A stretch of 63,981 nucleotides of DNA, the filler included. It is 14 parts of 14 records of this genome, joined end to end, with 100 filler letters (N's around TTAATTAATTAA, not from the genome) between each part and the next. Parts side by side here need not be neighbours in the genome. Positions count along the whole stretch, not along the records: positions 54,041 to 59,859 come from SRR15195285_1182; positions 59,960 to 63,981 come from SRR15195285_1185; 12 more parts are not named here. The stretch is one strand, 5' to 3'. Positions 58,109-63,981 of the stretch are shown piece after piece. A program made the translations under genes and the position numbers. Numbering within the stretch: position 1 is the first letter of the stretch; every line of letters starts with the position of its first letter. The notes beneath the pieces are model-generated. The model did not search any database. It had not been told where the DNA came from and was given only the letters and a program-made list of their open reading frames with translations.

Positions 58109-58307
58109 TGATAAACGCAGTAATTGGCGCAGCGGACGCTTGTGCCTTTTGCTGCTACCGTAACGATGCATTATAAATACTCTTGTTATAGTCATGGCCG
58201 CCGAAGGGACAGTCAGGGACAGCCGAATGAGAATGCTGCATGTCTGCTGCCTAGGTCAGCATTGCAGCGCCAAACCACAACCGCGCGCCCGCTGATAGCG
58301 ATCGATC

Positions 58308-59550
58308 TCAGTCGGCTTTTTTCGATCTGCTTTTCGAAGATGATGCGCTCTTGGCGGCCTTGGCATTTGTGGAGCTTACCCCGACGAATTGGTAGAGCAA
58401 TGTCACGTTGAAGGCGAGGTTGCACTGCGCATCGCGCAAAAGAGTGAGCTGGTGGCGTGAGCGCACGGTGAGATGCCAGAAATGACAGCAAAACTTCCAG
58501 ACGACGCGCAACCAGCACAGAGCAAAGGCACCTGGTGAACGGCACGGGCTGGATACCTACCGCCAGAGCTCCCTGCCCATGGCAAGGCTCCTTTTTCACG
58601 AAGATCAGGTTCGCCGTGTAACAAAAGCAAAGGACCGAAGTCATAAACTGCACAATTTGGAACTTGGTGACGAATGGCTTCCACCATGGCGGCTTGTGCA
58701 CGACTCGCAAGAAGAAGTAGAGATACATCACAACGTGAACTGCGGTGTTGAATATCAGCCCGCCAAACTGCAGCGTCTGCTGATACTCGCACCTGCATGC
58801 ACGAATAGGCACACCCGGATACACCCCAAAACGTCAGCCGGTGAGCTGGCAGCCCAATGTAACTAGCTTGGATGGACCGCACCATGCCCAAGCCATCATG
58901 AGCACACAGCCATGGTGGTAGACGTGCAACGCAAAGTGCGGCGGCGGGCGGTTTCTCATCATTTGCAGCACGGTATCAAGCAGCTCGTAATACTTTGAGA
59001 GGTAGTAGACATAGGACCAGAAGAACAGAGGGCCGACGCTCTTGGTGCTCGAAGATTCACAGAAGAACCAATGGTACGAGCTCTCGCTCACGGAGCGCGC
59101 CCACACCTCGTACATCGTCCCCACCATCATGACCAGGGAGCCAAGACACAGGTTCAAGTTGTGAATTGCTGCGCAGCGCGAGCGAGAGAACAGCCGCGCG
59201 AGTCAGCCGCACCCGGCGCCCGATTCTCGCTACGACGGACAACCGCAGAACAGCGGCACACACCAGCGCCGAACAGGACGGGCGGGGCGAAATATGGGCG
59301 CACCGACGAAGGGCTTCAGCGCTTGATCGGTCTGCTTGAGCTCCATCTCCACATGCTTCGCCTCGGCCGAGCCCGCTGGGAACGGCTTCTCTCGGCACGT
59401 CGCCCACAGCGCCACCACCAGCGTGTAGATGACGCCGGTCGACAGCGGATAGACCACGTCGTGCAGCGGCGCCTCCTCCCAGCTGAAGAGCTCGTAGTAT
59501 TGCGCGATCGAGACCACCAGCTGCTCGAACCGCTCCACCGCCGCCGCCAT
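58308..59550 (-). CDS. ELO/GNS1/SUR4 very-long-chain fatty acid elongase; multi-exon
   Basis: Motifs HNLNL, YLSKYYELLDT, LHVYHH (His box), NTAVHVVMYLYF, WWK.FVTKFQIVQF, and a C-terminal KKAD (KKxx ER signal). Confidence 0.95.
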
Positions 59551-59959
59551 GCCGCGTCCAACCACAGCGTATGAGACCGCAGTGGCCGAGAGGCACACGA
59601 AACTTCCCCTGCCGCTGTGCCGGCAGTGGCTGCGGGAACCAAGCTTCACTGCAGCGATGAGCGATACGCTGTACCGTGTGTACTCTGTACACACACACAC
59701 AGACACACGGGATCGATCTTCTCCGCCAGCAGCGCCGCCGCCGCCACCGTATCCTAGAGCACGAAGTCGTACGCCGCCGCCGCGCCCACCCGTCACAGCC
59801 TGGGTGGATTCCGTGGGAACAAGGAGAAAACACTGAGAAATACAGTTGACTCCCGTTGANNNNNNNNNNNNNNNNNNNNNNNNNNNNNNNNNNNNNNNNN
59901 NNNTTAATTAATTAANNNNNNNNNNNNNNNNNNNNNNNNNNNNNNNNNNNNNNNNNNNN

Positions 59960-60245
59960 CTATCCTATTATTTGCAATGACAGACGCAATGTGCGACGTT
60001 TGCGCTAGAACACACACTCTGGGTGTACGAGGGCCGAAACGGCCGGTAACATCCTGTTGGGTGACCTATTGGGAGGGCGCACAGAGGGTCTAGGCCGTTA
60101 CATAACGGTAGAAGGTGACGAAACGGCTAGGTTTTCGAGGATTTTAAACTGCGCTAAAAATAGATCCAACTTTCAATCACCGACGCAACGCGCACGAATG
60201 CATAAGCTGCGTGTACACACAGACCAACCAGCAACCTGGGCACTG
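59960..60245. mobile_element. Probable transposon remnant ending in TIR CAACCTGGGCACTG
   Basis: 60232-60245 is the reverse complement of 32267-32280. The non-coding sequence runs to the contig start. Confidence 0.45.
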
Positions 60246-60684
60246 TAGTAAGACGTCTAAAGGAGGTACAGAAGGTCACCGGGGCTGATGACGTGGCGAC
60301 AAGACCACCCACAGTCAGCTCGAAGCGCAAGCCGGGGCAAGAGTAGAGCGAGGTTGTGGCAGTGGTGCTGGAGGCAGCCAACTGACGTGACCCTAGAAAT
60401 ACTGTTTAAACGCGATCTCGCTAGCAATCTTGATAATGCAATCTCTTGCATCACTGACCCTACAGTAGATACCGTATACATCATTCTATCTAGAGTTAGT
60501 GCTAGATCTAGGAGCACTCGCTCGAGGTTAAAACGCACGCTCGGGAATGACCAAATGACTCATGGCAAATCAGGACCCCGGATTTATAGTGTCGATCAAG
60601 AACGCTTGAACGATGGTGAGGCTCTGACGCTAGAATCCGGAACAAACGGGAGCGACATTTCGCCGCACAACATTCTGGGTTTTC

Positions 60685-63600
60685 TTAGTACCACGTGCGG
60701 AACGCGGCACAAGATGGGTTGCAAAAATAGTGGTTGACATAGCTCGGGACAGTTGGGGCGCTGGTCACGCGATCGACGTCGCTCGAGTTCATCGCCGCAA
60801 GAAAACTTTGCCACCTGGCAAACAATCAAGGCTAATGAGTTGCGAAGCAGGCTCATCACACTACAAAAGAATAACTCAGCAGCTGACGCGAGCGAAGATC
60901 TTTCTAGCTGAAGGACGTATCGAGCAAGTTAATTCCATTGCTGGATTATGATAATATACGTACCGTTGTCGATCGTCGTTGCTGGACGGTATTGGATTCG
61001 ATGCGTTCCAGATACAATCAAAGTGCGTGTGCGTGAAGTTGCTTCCGTCGCCGTCGGAGCGATGAAACCTTGTTGCAACTGGCGAATCGTTGGTCGGGGT
61101 GGCTATGGAGGTCCACCAATCGGTTACCGCCTGCTGCATCGAGACGTTGTTGATCGTAAGAAGCTGCCACTCTGCATACACCGTCACGAATGCAGCAAGA
61201 CAAATGAATGAGGTCAACTGTGTTTAACTGTGAGACCGGGTAATACACCACAGCAAACATTGGCAGTGCTATGTCACACTGCTGGCAACAAGTACGCACG
61301 TCCAGTGCTGTTGTAGCGACTAGGTACCATATTGCCGAGGTAACAGGAGTGAAAAAACCCGCCCGAATCACTTCGCTTCGGTACGCCCGCGGCGATAAAG
61401 TCATCAATCGATTGCTGTTGCAGCGGAGCCGTCCAATTGATGATGAACCTGTTGCATACGAAATATTGTTGGGTGACCACAGAACCATCCATTTGCATCT
61501 TAAAAGAAAGACCAGCTGTTGCCAACAATACTTCGCTTACTCTTGTGGGCACTTATCCGCATATTGTGTGCACAAGTGTGCGTAGGCAAAGTAGTGACTG
61601 TGTGCCCCAGTGTCACAGTTGATCTGCAAGATATTCCCCAGCTGCTGGCCATTGAAGATACACTGGTTGTCCCAGACGGAACTGAGCTGCTGAATCGCAA
61701 ATACTGGTGCCTTGGTGTGAGCTAGGGTTTCGTTTGCATATAGGCATTTCCACGGATCGTCTTGATTGGCAGCAACGCAGTCTGGATGCAGCGCAGCTTC
61801 CCCTTTTGTGAAATTCAACAAAAACTGTAGGCTGGTTGAGTACCTACGCGCATGACAACGCGTGATCAGCCAATCCATGGTAAGCTAGACCGTGGCAGCT
61901 GATCATTGATGCCAGACCATTCGAAGTGTGCCCCTGGGAACGGAGCGAGGTCAAGCATAGACTCCAGGGGCACCTCGCCGGTGCCGAAGGCATCCGTAAT
62001 AATGCCTTTGGGGTGAATCCCGTCTACTGGAAGCACCTGATGACCGACAAACGCCGCATCAGGCCTACTTCTGAATGAATTGCTTGCCTTTTGCGAGCAG
62101 CTTGCAAAACGTACCCCAAACGTTTTCAGACCCGGAGCGAGCTTGAGCAGCTGCGCCTGCGCTCCAGCACAACAAGTGTGAGGGCAGAGTTTTGTCACCA
62201 GTCGCCCACGGAGACCTCTTGCGCACATGCAGGGTGTCTGCGTGAAGAATCGCCATCGTCCCATGGTGTCCTATTCCTGTTATCAAAATTTCTGTCGCTT
62301 TCGCCAGCCCCAGCTGTGCTAGTGTCTTCAGCTGAGAGGATAGCACAAGCTGCCCACGAAGATGCAGCGTACTGGAGTTGACTCCTCCTGATGTCCCACT
62401 CGCGTTAACAGTTGCTGTAGTATTGCCGAGATACAACCCCATGTCGCACGAGTTGATCTGGGCCTGATTGAACTTGCAAAATGTGCTGCAAGGCGCCGAA
62501 TTCCATCCAAGAGTGAATTTTCAACGGCTCCATAAGGAAGAACGAGGCGTTGAAAGATGATGGTAGCAAGTGTATGTGAGACTCAACGGGTTGACTGCGC
62601 AGTTGCCACTGGTTGGTCCAGAAACCGGCGTGGCCGCTGGAGCAGGTGGAGGTGCTGGTGGAGGTGGAGGAGTCCCTGCCGGCTTATACCTGCACCGAAC
62701 ACCAGAGATGCACAGCGATGCGCAATTGCGCCACTCCCAACGAGAGATTTTTGGCCAAGAAATTTTCTAGCACTGTGTTCGAAAATCCATGCTTGCAGGC
62801 AGCTGACGTACGGGGAGAACATGTAGCATCCTGATGCAGGAAAACAATACTGCAATCCTGGCGACGCCCCACCAATCGAGAGCACCCACGAAGTGCTAGC
62901 AGTGATGTTGTTTGTCCACACTGCCACCGAAGGCTGCTTCCCATCAATGCACACTGCGAGCGGGTCCGCGTCGACCAGTGCGTGCGGAGTCAGCTCGTGT
63001 TCTGGTGGTGGTGGTGTTGGAATGATCTGTTTTGTTGGGCCCAACGCATATAGAGTGAGGGTGGGTTGAGACCCGAAGGAGCCCTGATTGCCCCAGCATG
63101 TTGCAGCTTTTAGGTGCCTGCGAGACCATGAATCCACATCGCACGCCGCTTAGATGCAACCGTAGCCTACACGTCAACACGTGTTGAGACTTATTAGTTA
63201 AGCTCAAACGCACTTGTGGGGCCAGTTGAAACCACCGCAGCCTGGCTTTGCCAGGCACTGAGCCTTGCATCCAGCCACGTCAGAGGCGGTACAGGTGCCG
63301 AACTCCTGCCCAGCTAGGCAGTCTGTCTGGTTGAACACCCACCAATATTTGTTCGTCCCCGGTCCTGGCCCCGGCGACGGAGGCGGCGATGGAGGTGGCG
63401 TAGGCTGTGGACCATGCTGTCGGACGTACAAGGTTAAGCCACTCAGAGACCTTTTGCGCCCGAAGCAGCCTTTGCCCTTGAGATGTTTGTGCGGCCAGTT
63501 GAAGCCGTCGCATCCGGTGCTGTTCAGGCTTTCCAGGGCGTCGCACTGACTCTCGCACGCCTCTATAGTACTTCCAGTGCAGGTACCGACGTTGTTGTTG

Positions 63601-63815
63601 GGATCGCAGTCGGTATCATTCAGCTGCCACCACGTCTCCGTAGGGCAAAGCCCTGAAGCTGGGCACGGGTTGCCGTCGGGGCAGGTTTCGGGTGGCTTGG
63701 CTTTCGGGTTGCATCGCAGAGGCGGATTCCAAGCACTTGTGCTCACCGCGGGCGGAAGGGCACCCGTCACCAGCAGCAGCATGTATCCTAGATATGCACG
63801 CGCACGAAGAGGCAT
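60685..63815 (-). CDS. Secreted pectin acetylesterase/Notum-family homologue lacking the catalytic triad, with N-terminal Cys-rich and two PAN/Apple-like repeats; multi-exon
   Basis: Motifs AVCIDG, WVLSIGG, LHLRG, GLAKATEILITG, AILHAD, LHPDCVAA..DDPWKCLYA, PVFAIQ, GGFFHSC, AVTDWW, and terminal CNPSC. PAN-like NxTDC...CxxQC....CxGFNWPH occurs twice. Confidence 0.82.
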
Positions 63816-63981
63816 CAATCGTATGCGTGCCTTTTAGTCGGTATCAGCCCAGCGAGTCGACTCTCGCGCTATCGATAGTGCTACGCTCGAGTAGCGGTCT
63901 TCGGTCCAGCATGCGTATCGTATGCACCGCGCGCGCGCGCGGCGCGCGCGTCCACAGCGTTAGGAAATTGCATTCTATTAC

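Overview
This window is not one locus. It is 14 short contigs joined by artificial 100-nt spacers (N-runs around TTAATTAATTAA). The DNA comes from a GC-rich, gene-dense, intron-containing eukaryote, probably a heterotrophic protist, though the taxon cannot be fixed from sequence alone. Introns are short canonical GT-AG, and intergenic gaps are tiny. About 23 genes are recognisable. Many are secreted carbohydrate-active enzymes, several bacterial-like: GT13 with a PAN domain, heparinase II/III, GH3, GH39-like, sialate O-acetylesterase, GHL15-like, and a pectin acetylesterase homologue lacking its catalytic triad. Others are housekeeping or metabolic: PhyH dioxygenase, FMP25-like RCC1 protein, alpha-hydroxy acid oxidase with PTS2, a PNPOx paralogue and an ELO elongase. 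The most notable element is an intronless NLR-like gene at 46986->50750. It carries two acylation+SAM-like modules, an MLKL/Cbl-N-type four-helix bundle with EF-hand, a STAND P-loop NTPase and a TPR sensor, making it a candidate protist immune or cell-death receptor. Other unusual items are a myristoylated kinase-IQ-phosphatase fusion, a MORN protein with UBA-like repeats inserted in a FAM171/CILP-like domain, a tandem tetraspanin-like polytopic protein, a CAGTGCCCAG-terminated MITE family, a 35-bp palindrome at two contig breaks, and CG-alternating promoter tracts. All domain calls are by-eye motif recognition and need HMM or structure confirmation.
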